DNA of 64,000 nucleotides. It comes from Pseudomonadota bacterium. Its GTDB lineage: Bacteria; Pseudomonadota; Alphaproteobacteria; Rhodobacterales; Rhodobacteraceae. Below, piece by piece: positions 45,668 through 55,699 of the stretch. The DNA is taken from the NCBI GenBank assembly GCA_039190275.1, contig JBCCYF010000004.1:5422-69421 (forward strand). Reading direction: 5' to 3'. The notes under the pieces were generated by a model. The model was given only the letters and a program-made list of their open reading frames with translations, had not been told where the DNA came from and did no database searches. Position 1 is the first letter of the stretch; every line of letters starts with the position of its first letter. Both the position numbers and the translations under genes were made by a program.

Positions 45668-46567
45668 CTACTCAGCCGCTGGAGCATCTTCGCCGCTTGT
45701 GAACCCTTCGATGGTTTCGCTTGCTTGTGCGATCAGACCCTCAGCGACCGGCTGATACTGAACATACAGCTCCTCCACCTGCAGTCGGCCCGTGGCCACA
45801 TAGTCAGACATCTGTGCCAGATACGGTGCAGCAGCGGGATAAGCCGTCTCAATGTCAGCGCGCATCACATAGGCCGCGCTTACCAGACCGATAAGCACAA
45901 CGGCGATTACAAAGCCGGGCATCATGCTGCCCCGCCGCTCGCGTACTTCCGGGTCAGACTGTCGGCGGGTTCGTTTGGCGGCTTTGCGCGCCGCGCGGCC
46001 AGAGGGTTTTTCGACTTTTTCCAACTCCCGCAAAGCAGCGGCCAGTCCGGTTGCCGGCGCAGTATCCTCGGCCGTGGTGTCGTCCATGTTGAAGCCCCAA
46101 CGGCTGGACTTCTTTTCTTCCGTCGTCGCGTCGTCAATGTCTATCCCGGCGCTTTCAGCGGCCCGGGTCAGGTTACGCCGTTGCGACTGAACCGCCTCAC
46201 CCTTTTCGAAGTCGCCACCCTCTTCGGCAATCTGAGAGCGCAGGGCCGCCAGGATATCCTCCTCGCTTTCACCGTCTTCCGGCTCAAAGAAATCCGTGGC
46301 GGGGCGCTTACCATCGCGGGCGTCCAGTTCTCCACGCACCGCCTGCGACAGGGCGGCACGCTCGTCCCTGTCAAGGCGCTCGGACGGGCGCGGCGGCGGT
46401 ATGCCAGCCGCAGCAGCCGGGTCTAATCTGAGAGGCGGTTCGTCGCTCTGGGGATATTGAATCCAGGATTCCTCGCAGTTCGAGCACTGGACCTCACGCC
46501 CCTCAGGCGGAAACAGCGATCCGTCGACTTCGTATTGGGATGCACAATTCGGACAGATCAACCGCAT
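45668..46567 (-). CDS. MJ0042-type zinc-ribbon domain membrane protein
   Basis: Start at ATG 46567 gives MRLICPNCASQYEVDGSLFPPEGREVQCSNCEESW (CxxC...CxxC). An acidic linker is followed by one TM helix (GFVIAVVLIGLVSAAYV). Divergent from ftsE. Confidence 0.75.
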   Translation of the reverse strand: MRLICPNCASQYEVDGSLFPPEGREVQCSNCEESWIQYPQSDEPPLRLDPAAAAGIPPPRPSERLDRDERAALSQAVRGELDARDGKRPATDFFEPEDGESEEDILAALRSQIAEEGGDFEKGEAVQSQRRNLTRAAESAGIDIDDATTEEKKSSRWGFNMDDTTAEDTAPATGLAAALRELEKVEKPSGRAARKAAKRTRRQSDPEVRERRGSMMPGFVIAVVLIGLVSAAYVMRADIETAYPAAAPYLAQMSDYVATGRLQVEELYVQYQPVAEGLIAQASETIEGFTSGEDAPAAE

Positions 46568-46712
46568 GGGACCCTCCACTTTCCAAAAACCGGGGCACAT
46601 ATGTTGGGGGGACTTTAACCTGCCTACACAATGTTGCAAGGCGATGTTCACGACTTGCTCCGCGGCCGTGGCTCTGCGACTGTTCGTTTGGGGCCAGAAA
46701 CGGCAGGATACG

Positions 46713-47390
46713 GTGCTGGAATTCGAGGATGTAAGCTATGGATACGTCGGTCGGACGGTACTTGACCGCGTTACCTTGGCACTTGAACCGGGCGGGTTCT
46801 ATGTTCTGACTGGTCCCTCGGGCGCCGGAAAAACCACTTTTCTGCGGTTATGTACGCTTGAGGCGCTTCCACAGTCGGGCCGCATGTCGGTTTTTGGCGA
46901 GGACCCTGCGTCACTGGACCGGAACGCCACAGCGGCATTGCGTCGACGCATGGGCACGGTCCACCAGGATTGCCAATTCCTCGACCATCTCAGTGTCCGC
47001 CGCAACATTGCGTTTCCACTGGAAATTGCGGGCCGCCACCGGCCACAACATGCCAGCGATGTCGACGATGTGCTGGGATGGGTGGATCTGGAGGACCGCG
47101 CCGATGCGCTACCGCCGCAACTGTCCGGTGGCGAGCGGCAGAGGGCTGCCCTGGCTCGTGCTGTCATGCTGTCGCCCGAGGTTCTGATCGCGGATGAACC
47201 CACCGGCAATATCGATAGGGATATGGCCCATCGCATTATCCGCTTATTGGCGGAACTGAACCGCCTCGGTCGGTCTGTCCTGATCGCGACGCATGACATG
47301 GACCTGATCCGCGCTGCCAAGTCCGAGGTTCCCGCACGGATACTGCGCCTGTCCGCAGGTGTGATACATCAGGCGGAGGTTGACGCGTGA
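46713..47390 (+). CDS. ftsE: cell division ATP-binding protein FtsE
   Basis: GTG 46713 gives VLEFEDVSYGY. Walker A GPSGAGKTT, signature LSGGERQR, Walker B LIADEPTGNID. 225 aa. Confidence 0.9.
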   Translation: MLEFEDVSYGYVGRTVLDRVTLALEPGGFYVLTGPSGAGKTTFLRLCTLEALPQSGRMSVFGEDPASLDRNATAALRRRMGTVHQDCQFLDHLSVRRNIAFPLEIAGRHRPQHASDVDDVLGWVDLEDRADALPPQLSGGERQRAALARAVMLSPEVLIADEPTGNIDRDMAHRIIRLLAELNRLGRSVLIATHDMDLIRAAKSEVPARILRLSAGVIHQAEVDA

Positions 47391-48262
47391 TTGGCCGCCT
47401 GCTTATCGGCGATCCAACGGCGGATGCGGCCGTACCTCCAAGTGGCGTGACGGGCCATCTGACAATACTTGCCTCGGCCGCCATGGCGCTGCTGGCGGTT
47501 TTTGCGGTCATGCTGGCGTTGTCCGCGGGTCGGGTGGCTGACCGCTGGTCAGTGGCCGTGCAGGGGCGGGCAACGTTGGAACTGCCCGATCAGGACCCCG
47601 AGGTTGTGCTGCGTGCCCAGGTATTGCTTGCCCAAACACCCGGTATTCTTGAGGTGGCCTTGCAGGATCCGGCAGACACCCGCAATCAGCTCGCTGGTTG
47701 GGTGAATGACCCTGCGTCACTGGACGGGCTGGCTCTACCGGTATTGATTGATATCGTCGAGGAAGCGGACTTCGAACCCGCTGGATTGGTCGGCCGTCTG
47801 GAGGGCGAACTTCCTGGCGCGATCTATCACCGGCACCAGATCTGGCAGACCCGCGTGACCGATGCGGTACATCGGATCCGTTGGCTGGCGCTTGGCGTGC
47901 TTGGGCTTACCTTTGCGGTCACAACAATCGTGGTGACCCTCGCGGCGCGCGCATCTTTGGCGATGAACCGTCCGGTGGTCGGTACTCTGCGCCAGATGGG
48001 TGCCGCGGACAGTTTTGTCGCTCGTGCGTTTGTGCGGCGCTTCACACGTCGTGGGCTGTTGGGCTCGGCACTGGGGACATGCGTCGGGCTGGGGCTGATC
48101 GCGCTGCTGCCGCTTGGCCTTGACGATCAGGTATTTGGCAGTCTGCGGCCGGGCAGCATTGCGGGATGGCTGGCTGCTCTTGCCATTCCGCCCCTTACCG
48201 GTTTAACCGCCTTCATTGCGACGCGCCGGGCGGCATTTCGCGTCTTGCGGCGTCACCTATGA
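47387..48262 (+). CDS. ftsX: cell division protein FtsX-like permease
   Basis: GTGA-coupled to ftsE. 291 aa with 4 TM segments and a periplasmic loop between TM1 and TM2. Confidence 0.8.
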   Translation: MIGRLLIGDPTADAAVPPSGVTGHLTILASAAMALLAVFAVMLALSAGRVADRWSVAVQGRATLELPDQDPEVVLRAQVLLAQTPGILEVALQDPADTRNQLAGWVNDPASLDGLALPVLIDIVEEADFEPAGLVGRLEGELPGAIYHRHQIWQTRVTDAVHRIRWLALGVLGLTFAVTTIVVTLAARASLAMNRPVVGTLRQMGAADSFVARAFVRRFTRRGLLGSALGTCVGLGLIALLPLGLDDQVFGSLRPGSIAGWLAALAIPPLTGLTAFIATRRAAFRVLRRHL

Positions 48263-48275
48263 AAGACCACCGTTC

Positions 48276-49013
48276 ATGCTTCTGATCCGTTCCGTGCTGT
48301 TTGATGTACTACTATATTCGTTGATGCTGGTGATGGGCATCGTCTGCAGCCCGCTCGCGCTGATCTCCCGCGAATGGACCGTTCGGGTGATGCAGTGGTA
48401 TTGCCACATCTCACTTTGGATGCTGCGGGTCATTTGTGGGTTGCGGGTGGAGGTGCGTGGAAATGTGCCTCGGGGCGAAGTGGTGGTTGCATCCAAGCAT
48501 CAGTCGTTTCTGGACATCATCATTCACACCAGCACCTTACCGCGCCCACGGTTCATCATGAAAGAGGAACTCAAATGGGTGCCGATCTTTGGTGTCTATG
48601 CGCTGCGTATGGGCTCAACGCCGGTGGCGCGGGGGCGCAAAGGCGCTGCAGTGCGCGAAATGGTCAACGCGGCTGAGAAAAGCGGCGCCGGTGGGGGGCA
48701 ACTGGTGATTTATCCGCAAGGGACGCGGTTGGCCCCGGGCGTATCCGCACCGTATAAGGTCGGCGCTGGCGTCTTGTATCAGCGCATGGGGGTCGCCTGT
48801 GTGCCTGCGGCGACGAATGCGGGCGTTTTTTGGGGACGCAAGAGCGTGCTGCGGCGGCCCGGGCTGGCGGTTGTCGAGTATCTGGAACCTATCGCGCCGG
48901 GGCTGGATCTGCAGGCCTTCCTGGGCCGGGTCGAAGCGGAGGTTGAAGCAGCGTCCGACCGTCTTTTGGAAGAGGCAACGGGAGCAGCAGACACGTTATC
49001 CGCAGCCTCTTGA
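48276..49013 (+). CDS. lysophospholipid (1-acyl-sn-glycerol-3-phosphate) acyltransferase
   Basis: Start at ATG 48276 (MLLIRSVLFDVLLY). HX4D motif KHQSFLD and the IYPQGTR block are typical of the PlsC family. Confidence 0.85.
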   Translation: MLLIRSVLFDVLLYSLMLVMGIVCSPLALISREWTVRVMQWYCHISLWMLRVICGLRVEVRGNVPRGEVVVASKHQSFLDIIIHTSTLPRPRFIMKEELKWVPIFGVYALRMGSTPVARGRKGAAVREMVNAAEKSGAGGGQLVIYPQGTRLAPGVSAPYKVGAGVLYQRMGVACVPAATNAGVFWGRKSVLRRPGLAVVEYLEPIAPGLDLQAFLGRVEAEVEAASDRLLEEATGAADTLSAAS

Positions 49014-49110
49014 TCTAGCGCAGGGCGGGCGGCGTCTTTCCATCACACTATGTGGGCCGATGGGGGCGAATGTCCGACCCTTGGTACGTACAGTCGAAAG
49101 GAGGATGCAT

Positions 49111-49419
49111 ATGCGCCGATACGCCGGTCTCTTGGTTCTTTCCCTGACCGCAGTGCCCACGTTTTCAAACGCGAGCGAGATCGCCGAGGGGCAAAGGCTT
49201 GCCAAGGCGTGGTGCGTGTCCTGTCATGTGGTCGCGCCCGGATCTGTCGGCGCTGATGCCGGACCCAGTTTTGCTTCGGTCGCTGATCGGCCTGGGCTGA
49301 GCGCGGGCGCGTTGCGGGCCTGGTTGACCGATCCGCACCCTATCATGCCAAGGTTTGATCTGTCCGAGCGGCAGATCCAGTCGCTCGTTGCTTATATCGA
49401 AAGCTTGGGCAGCAACTGA
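49111..49419 (+). CDS. c-type cytochrome, periplasmic
   Basis: ATG 49111 after AAAGGAGG. Signal peptide MRRYAGLLVLSLTAVPTFSNA, haem motif CVSCH and a distal Met (PIMPRF). Confidence 0.82.
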   Translation: MRRYAGLLVLSLTAVPTFSNASEIAEGQRLAKAWCVSCHVVAPGSVGADAGPSFASVADRPGLSAGALRAWLTDPHPIMPRFDLSERQIQSLVAYIESLGSN

Positions 49420-49464
49420 CCCGCGCGTAAGATCCGACAGATCGGTCGCATAGATGGACTTTGG

Positions 49465-50115
49465 CTATACAACATCCTCGGGGCACAGGGTTCCTTCCTG
49501 CGAGTCGGGATAGCCTGCCAAACCGCCATCAATGGGAATAATCCGAACAAAGCGGGGGCGCGACACGATGCTGACGTTCAGGTCCGTGGGTGCGAAGCCC
49601 GCCCAGGAGACAATTGGCTCCCAATAGGAATACACATCTGCCAGGATGACCGAATCATTGTCCGACATGGTCGGCATCAGGTTAAGGGGTATATCCGCAT
49701 CCGACATTGGCAACAGCCGCGGATCAATGTCGTCATCCTCATCCGCGATCGCCTCAAGATAGGTGTCATCGCCAAGGTATGACCATAGCACCCTATGGCT
49801 TGTCCCGTTGAAGCAGATGCTGCTAAGCCGCAACCAGCCGTCGGCCGTGCGGCGCTGTGGAAGCATCAACTTGTGCGCATCAAAAATCTCGACCAATTGC
49901 GCTTCGGTCGGGTTTTCGTAGCGGCTTGTGATGTCCGAGACGGTGTAGGCGATTTTCGACATCTGACTTTTCGCGCGGAACGCGTCAAACCAGACGAAAC
50001 TGGCGCCGAGCCAAAGGGCGAGCATCGGAAACACCAGCACGAACTCGACCGAAACGGCCGCGTCCTCGTTGTGGCGCCAGGCGTGCAGCCGGGCTTTGAG
50101 CTTTCGGAACATCAT
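49465..50115 (-). CDS. TadE/TadG-like pseudopilin family protein
   Basis: 216 aa. The N-terminus HNEDAAVSVEFVLVFPMLALWL is the TadE-like domain signature. Third gene of a tightly packed trio. Confidence 0.75.
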   Translation of the reverse strand: MMFRKLKARLHAWRHNEDAAVSVEFVLVFPMLALWLGASFVWFDAFRAKSQMSKIAYTVSDITSRYENPTEAQLVEIFDAHKLMLPQRRTADGWLRLSSICFNGTSHRVLWSYLGDDTYLEAIADEDDDIDPRLLPMSDADIPLNLMPTMSDNDSVILADVYSYWEPIVSWAGFAPTDLNVSIVSRPRFVRIIPIDGGLAGYPDSQEGTLCPEDVV

Positions 50116-50118
50116 GGC

Positions 50119-50649
50119 TTAAATCGGCTCGTTCATGAAGGCGGAGTAGGATATCATCTGATGCGCGCCCGTCGCCGTATCCTTGGGCAGCAGGAGGCCG
50201 AACTCCAGGCCCGGAAGCATCGGATCAACGTTGGAGCAGGCCCGAATGAACATAATCTCCGAACGCAGGTTCTTGCTCGGGTCCACATTCAGAACCGGGT
50301 TTGGCGTCTCCTCGTTCCGAGGAAAGCAGTTCGCCTGCGGGTTGAATTCACCCAAAGGCACAAGTTCGACGACCAGGGTTGTTTCACAGGCCGGCAGTAT
50401 CTTTGAGTGCAAGCAGATGCTGTTGCGGATCTTGTCATGCGAAACGGGGTCCATCAGACCAAGACGAACCTCGCGGACAGTGATGTCCAGCCCGCGATCG
50501 AGCATCATGTAGCGTGTCATGAGCCAGCCCGACTCTATCACCCCAAACACAAGGGCGATCACCGCCGGAAAGATAATCACGAACTCGACGGTGCTTGAAC
50601 CGTCCTCTTGACGCCGGAACGCTTTCAGGCGTTGAAGAAACCTGGTCAT
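50119..50649 (-). CDS. TadE-like pilus assembly protein
   Basis: 176 aa. RQEDGSSTVEFVIIFPAVIALVFGVIE is a TadE-like N-terminus. ATGA overlap with the upstream tadG-like gene. Confidence 0.8.
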   Translation of the reverse strand: MTRFLQRLKAFRRQEDGSSTVEFVIIFPAVIALVFGVIESGWLMTRYMMLDRGLDITVREVRLGLMDPVSHDKIRNSICLHSKILPACETTLVVELVPLGEFNPQANCFPRNEETPNPVLNVDPSKNLRSEIMFIRACSNVDPMLPGLEFGLLLPKDTATGAHQMISYSAFMNEPI

Positions 50650-52277
50650 GAGCTGCTGCTCGTGAGCTTGAGCTTCTCAATGTCATCGGCGATGGCGTCA
50701 AAGGACTCCTGCAAATTCTCGGCCGTTGCATTAAAGAAGCGTGTCGATGTACCAGCACACTCCAGCAACGCGCGGTTTGCGTCACTACCGGCGAGGAACC
50801 CAATGCTATAGATTACAATGCTCTCGGCGCGGGCTGCTTTGCAGATTTCAAAAAGGCGGGCGTCCCCGCGGCGGATACTATCGCCGCTGTCGTCGATCGT
50901 GTTGACGCCATTGAAGGTGAGAAATTCGCCCTCGGTATTGTTGCAGGCGATGTTGTTCACTGGATAGACTTCCGCGTCACCTTCCGCGCTTTCAGTACAG
51001 CGGCTTCCAATATTGTTGCCGTCTTCATTGGCGCGGTTTGGACGATTGTCTTTCCAGTAGTTGTGGCTCCCGAGAGTGCCGACAGGTCCCAGATAGTCAG
51101 CATCGTCCATACGTGGAAGCCATGTGTTACGACCATCCGACATAACAACAACGACCTTGACAACGTCGGCCGGATTGTAGTCACGCGGCAGACCGGAAAA
51201 CAAGTTCGGCACCACACCATCGGTAATCAGGCCGTCAATGACCGGGCGCATTCCCGGGTCCAGCATGGCCACACCCCATTTCACGCCCATGTAAACCGAG
51301 GTGAGGTTTTCCTCACCCATGTTTGCGATGCGAAGATTGATTGCGGCCTCATCGTTGCTGACGGGCATAATGTTGTTTTCGGGTCCCGAGCAGCTGTTGA
51401 CCGCGCGTGCTTCCGTATGTGCCTGAGTATTCATCCACTTGAAGTGCTGATACTGCTTGATCGCGTCGGTCGAGTTGATCGCGCGCTGGGTATAGTCCGA
51501 ATTCGCAAAATCGACGCAGTAACTCAGATCGTGCTTTCCGTCGGCGTTGGGTCCAACCATATTGGTAAACTTCGCTGCCATTTCGGGCGACATCGAAACC
51601 TGGTGGGAATAGGGCACCAGGTTGAACGTCCGCCGCCGCTTGTCCGCAGTGGTATCGCCAGCCATCACATTGGTAACGAAGGCCTGTGCCTCGCGCTTCA
51701 GAATTGTGACGCGTGTCTCGGTTACTTCAGGCAGGTCGGCGCCATCATCATCCTTCGGCGTATAGGTCACGCTGTTGTCGGGGTTGAACATGGACCCCGA
51801 GATATCCAGCACCAGTGAAATCTCAATTTCATTGCGCGACTGTTTCGCGATGGATACCGCCGGCACGCGCATGGAATTAATTCCCATGATCCTCAGGAAG
51901 TACGTCCGCATGTCATATGTGGCGGTCGCGGCAACGCGCTTTTCCGTCATGGTTTCGGTGTAGTCGACATCCACAACCGGGTTGGCACCAAATGCCCGCG
52001 ACTTCATGTATTCTTCGACGAGCGCCTGATATTCGTCATCGAGTTCACCGTCATCGCTGACGTCCCCGATCTGATCCACGTAGTTTTGGTTGAATGCGGC
52101 GGCCGCAAGAACGCCACGATCCAGCGCGTTCTGCAAATCGGCCCGTGCCGTCTCGTGCCGGATGAAGTCCACGGCCATTCCTGCGGCGAGGATCATGAAC
52201 ACGAACATGATAACAACGAAGGCAAGGACGCTTCCGCGCTCATCCTGCTCAAACTTCCGAAGTTTACTCAATAACAT
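50646..52277 (-). CDS. TadG-like pilus assembly protein with von Willebrand factor A domain
   Basis: 543 aa. The N-terminus QDERGSVLAFVVIMFVFMILAAGMAVDF is a Tad N-terminal domain. vWA MIDAS elements LVLDISGSM and VVVMSDGRNT are present. Confidence 0.8.
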   Translation of the reverse strand: MLLSKLRKFEQDERGSVLAFVVIMFVFMILAAGMAVDFIRHETARADLQNALDRGVLAAAAFNQNYVDQIGDVSDDGELDDEYQALVEEYMKSRAFGANPVVDVDYTETMTEKRVAATATYDMRTYFLRIMGINSMRVPAVSIAKQSRNEIEISLVLDISGSMFNPDNSVTYTPKDDDGADLPEVTETRVTILKREAQAFVTNVMAGDTTADKRRRTFNLVPYSHQVSMSPEMAAKFTNMVGPNADGKHDLSYCVDFANSDYTQRAINSTDAIKQYQHFKWMNTQAHTEARAVNSCSGPENNIMPVSNDEAAINLRIANMGEENLTSVYMGVKWGVAMLDPGMRPVIDGLITDGVVPNLFSGLPRDYNPADVVKVVVVMSDGRNTWLPRMDDADYLGPVGTLGSHNYWKDNRPNRANEDGNNIGSRCTESAEGDAEVYPVNNIACNNTEGEFLTFNGVNTIDDSGDSIRRGDARLFEICKAARAESIVIYSIGFLAGSDANRALLECAGTSTRFFNATAENLQESFDAIADDIEKLKLTSSSS

Positions 52278-52525
52278 CGCAACCCCCGTTCAAAGGTCAG
52301 AGGCCCCCACAAGGCCCTTTTGGTCCCACACTCATGCCGCAAAGTCAACGCGGCCTGATTACATTCAAAAGTCAAAATTATTAAGGACTTACGAATAAAC
52401 CAGACGATTCAACGTTATATACTGCACCCCATATGTGTACTGGTATTACGGCCACATTATGATTTTGGCAACAAAGCGCCAACTATGACCGGAATCATAC
52501 GCGTTTCCGCCTTAGGAACAGTTAC

Positions 52526-53758
52526 TCACAGTACAGATTCGGCCTGTTTAAGTCGCAATTTCTCGTCTTCGAGCCATCCGCGCCGAATTGGCACCCGATC
52601 CTGATGGCGCGCGAGAATCAGATGAAACACGAATATCCGGTCATGGCGGAAGCTGGCCTCGGAGGCGGCCAGATAAATCTCCCACATGCGCACGAACCGC
52701 TCATCGAAAGTCTCCAGCGCCAGAACGGCCTCGCGGTTGGCCAGGAACCGCTCGCGCCACAGGCGGGTGGTCTCCGCATAGTGCAGTGGCAGGATCTCGA
52801 TATCCTTGATCAGCAGACCCGCCTTCTCGACCGCGGGCAAGACCTCGGACAGCGCGGGCACATAGCCGCCCGGGAAAATATACTTGTCGCCAAAGGGGTG
52901 TGAATAGGCCGAGGGTTTGGTCCGCCCCATGGAATGGATTACTGCGGTGCCGCGCTTGTCCAACACCTGTCCGACCTTCGCAAAATAGGCATCCATCTGG
53001 CGCAAACCGACATGTTCGAGCATCCCGATAGAAACAACATGATCGAAGGATTGCGTCACTTCGCGATAGTCAGTGATCTGCACGTCGAACCGATCCTCGA
53101 CGCCCGCCGACCGTGCGCGGTCCCGTGCAACGCGGGCCTGTTCTTTCGACAAGGTGATGCCGGTGGTGTTGAGCCCCGCCACGCGGCTTAGGTACAGGCC
53201 CATCCCGCCCCAGCCGCATCCGATGTCCAGCGCCGATGCGCCGGGTGTACTCAGAAGCTTTCCGGCGATGTGCCGCTGTTTGGCGCGTTGTGCGTCCTCA
53301 AGGCTCTGACCCTCGTACTCGAAATAGGCGCAGCTGTAGTTCATGTCCGCGTCCAGAAACAGACGGTAGAGCTTCTCGTCCAGGTCATAATGGTGCGCGA
53401 TATTTGCCCGCGCCGCCGCCAGACCCGCGCGCCTGCGGACGCCGGCCCGCAGGCTGCGCCAGAGATGACGGGCAATCGCCCCCTTTGTGGCGACACGGGT
53501 GTTGGCATTGCGTTTGGTCAGAGTAAGGAAGTCATAGATTGTGCCCTCTTCAACGATCAGCCGACCCTCCATGTACATCTCGCCCACCGCGAGCATTGGG
53601 TCGTTGCCGATGGCCTTGAGCGCATCGTCATCCGCGATCCGAACGGCCACACGTTCCGGTCCGGGCCCGTAGGTCTCGCGCCGACCCGACGGGTATTCGA
53701 CCGCAAGTTGTCCTGTGCCCATCATGCGTGTGAACAGGCGGTGCAAAGTGTGTTCCAT
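52526..53758 (-). CDS. cyclopropane-fatty-acyl-phospholipid synthase family methyltransferase
   Basis: Start at ATG 53758 (MEHTLHRLF). [24 protein letters not shown] and the SAM motif [10 protein letters not shown] are typical of CFA/mycolic acid synthases. Confidence 0.88.
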   Translation of the reverse strand: MEHTLHRLFTRMMGTGQLAVEYPSGRRETYGPGPERVAVRIADDDALKAIGNDPMLAVGEMYMEGRLIVEEGTIYDFLTLTKRNANTRVATKGAIARHLWRSLRAGVRRRAGLAAARANIAHHYDLDEKLYRLFLDADMNYSCAYFEYEGQSLEDAQRAKQRHIAGKLLSTPGASALDIGCGWGGMGLYLSRVAGLNTTGITLSKEQARVARDRARSAGVEDRFDVQITDYREVTQSFDHVVSIGMLEHVGLRQMDAYFAKVGQVLDKRGTAVIHSMGRTKPSAYSHPFGDKYIFPGGYVPALSEVLPAVEKAGLLIKDIEILPLHYAETTRLWRERFLANREAVLALETFDERFVRMWEIYLAASEASFRHDRIFVFHLILARHQDRVPIRRGWLEDEKLRLKQAESVL

Positions 53759-53883
53759 GCGGGTGTTTAGGCCTCCGCCGCGCAAAAGCGCAAGTGCACC
53801 GGCCCCGGCGCGCGCAGACCGCACTTGACTTATCCCGGTCTTCCTTGTGTATCGGCCCCGGACAAAACCCGGAGCACCCCCAG

Positions 53884-55659
53884 ATGCACGCCTATCGCAG
53901 CCACACTTGTGCGGAACTCACCAGCGCCGAGGTTGGACAAACCGTCCGCCTGTCCGGCTGGGTCCACCGGGTACGGGATCACGGTGGGCTGCTGTTTATC
54001 GATCTGCGGGACCACTATGGAATGACGCAAGTGCTGGCAGACCCGGACAGCCCGGTATTTGCACAGGTGGAAGCAGTTCGCTCGGAGTGGGTGATCCGCA
54101 TCGACGGGGAGGTCAAGGCGCGGGACGCGGACCTGGTCAACCCAAATATTCCGACCGGTGAGATCGAGGTTTTTATCCGAGACATTGAGGTCCTGGGGGC
54201 CGCGGGGGAGCTTCCCCTGCCGGTGTTCGGGGATCTGGAATACCCCGAAGAGACCCGGCTGACCTATCGCTACCTCGATCTGCGGCGCGAGGGGCTTCAC
54301 CGCAAGATCATGCTTCGCAGCCAGGTCGTGCAAAGTCTGCGAAAGCGCATGTGGGATATCGGCTTTACCGAGTTTCAGACACCGATCATTACCGCGTCAT
54401 CGCCCGAAGGCGCGCGCGACTTTCTTGTCCCGAGCCGGATCCACCCGGGCAAATTTTATGCCCTGCCGCAGGCGCCGCAGCAGTTCAAGCAGATGACGAT
54501 GGTTGCCGGTTTCGACAAGTATTTCCAGATCGCGCCGTGCTTTCGCGATGAGGATCCAAGGGCAGACCGATCCCCGACCGACTTCTATCAGTTGGACCTG
54601 GAAATGAGTTTCGTCGAGCAGGAGGACGTGTTTCAGACGATTGAACCCGTGCTGCTGGACACGTTTGAGCAGTTCGCCGGCGGCCGTACCGTAAACCGTC
54701 AGATCCCGCGGATCAGCTACAAGGACGCAGCACTCTGGTACGGCTCGGACAAGCCTGACCTGCGCAACCCGCTTAAAATGCAAGTGGTCAGCGATCACTT
54801 TGCCGGATCCGGGTTCGCGATTTTCGCGCGTTTGTTGGAGCAGGAGGGGACGCAAATCCGGGCAATCCCGGCGCCCGGCGGCGGCAGCCGCAAATTCTGC
54901 GACAGGATGAACAAATATGCGCAGGGCGAGGGTCTTCCGGGGATGGGATACATCTTCTGGCGGGCGGGCGAGGACGGAATGGAGGCCGCCGGGCCGCTGG
55001 CCAAGAACATCGGTCCGGAACGAACCGAGGCGATCCGACAGCAACTGGGGCTTGATGTTGGCGATGCCGCCTTTTTCTTGGGCGGCACGCCTGAAAGCTT
55101 TGAAGCTGTGGCGGGGCGCGCCCGCAACGTCATCGGTGTTGAGCTGGGTCTAACCGACCAGAACCGGTTCGAATTTGCCTGGATCGTCGATTTTCCGATG
55201 TACGAGCGTGATGAGGCTACCGGCAAGATCGACTTCGAGCATAATCCCTTTTCCATGCCCCAGGGCGGGCTTCAGGCTTTGAACGGTGACCCGCTGGCGG
55301 TGATCGGCTACCAATACGATCTGGCCTGCAACGGCTATGAATTGGTCTCCGGCGCGATCCGGAACCACAAGCCCGAGATCATGTTCCGCGCGTTCGAGAT
55401 TGCCGGATATGGTCCGGAGGAGGTCGAAAAAAGGTTTGGCGGAATGCTGGGCGCCTTTAAGTATGGCGCGCCGCCGCATGGCGGATGTGCCGCCGGTATT
55501 GACCGGATCGTCATGCTGCTGGCCGACGAGCAGAACATCCGCGAGGTTATCATGTTCCCGATGAACCAGCGCGCCGAGGATCTGATGCTTGGCGGTCCAT
55601 CCGAGCCGACGAACGAACAATTGCGCGAGCTAGGCCTGCGTATCCTTCCGCAAAGCTGA
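53884..55659 (+). CDS. aspS: aspartate--tRNA ligase
   Basis: Start at ATG 53884 gives [46 protein letters not shown]. Class II motifs [11 protein letters not shown] and GGCAAGIDR are present. 591 aa. Confidence 0.96.
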   Translation: MHAYRSHTCAELTSAEVGQTVRLSGWVHRVRDHGGLLFIDLRDHYGMTQVLADPDSPVFAQVEAVRSEWVIRIDGEVKARDADLVNPNIPTGEIEVFIRDIEVLGAAGELPLPVFGDLEYPEETRLTYRYLDLRREGLHRKIMLRSQVVQSLRKRMWDIGFTEFQTPIITASSPEGARDFLVPSRIHPGKFYALPQAPQQFKQMTMVAGFDKYFQIAPCFRDEDPRADRSPTDFYQLDLEMSFVEQEDVFQTIEPVLLDTFEQFAGGRTVNRQIPRISYKDAALWYGSDKPDLRNPLKMQVVSDHFAGSGFAIFARLLEQEGTQIRAIPAPGGGSRKFCDRMNKYAQGEGLPGMGYIFWRAGEDGMEAAGPLAKNIGPERTEAIRQQLGLDVGDAAFFLGGTPESFEAVAGRARNVIGVELGLTDQNRFEFAWIVDFPMYERDEATGKIDFEHNPFSMPQGGLQALNGDPLAVIGYQYDLACNGYELVSGAIRNHKPEIMFRAFEIAGYGPEEVEKRFGGMLGAFKYGAPPHGGCAAGIDRIVMLLADEQNIREVIMFPMNQRAEDLMLGGPSEPTNEQLRELGLRILPQS

Positions 55660-55699
55660 TCCCGGCGCATAGCGGGGAGGACACTGTGTTCAGCCTGGC

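Noticed and set aside
49080-49095. Third copy of the GGTACGTACA operator core, just upstream of the cytochrome c RBS
   Set aside because: Only the central 10 nt match. The outer TGA/TCA arms of the 16-bp operator are absent (CTTGGTACGTACAGTC). A single 10-mer match in 2 x 64 kb is not far from chance. A genome-wide motif scan would still be worthwhile.
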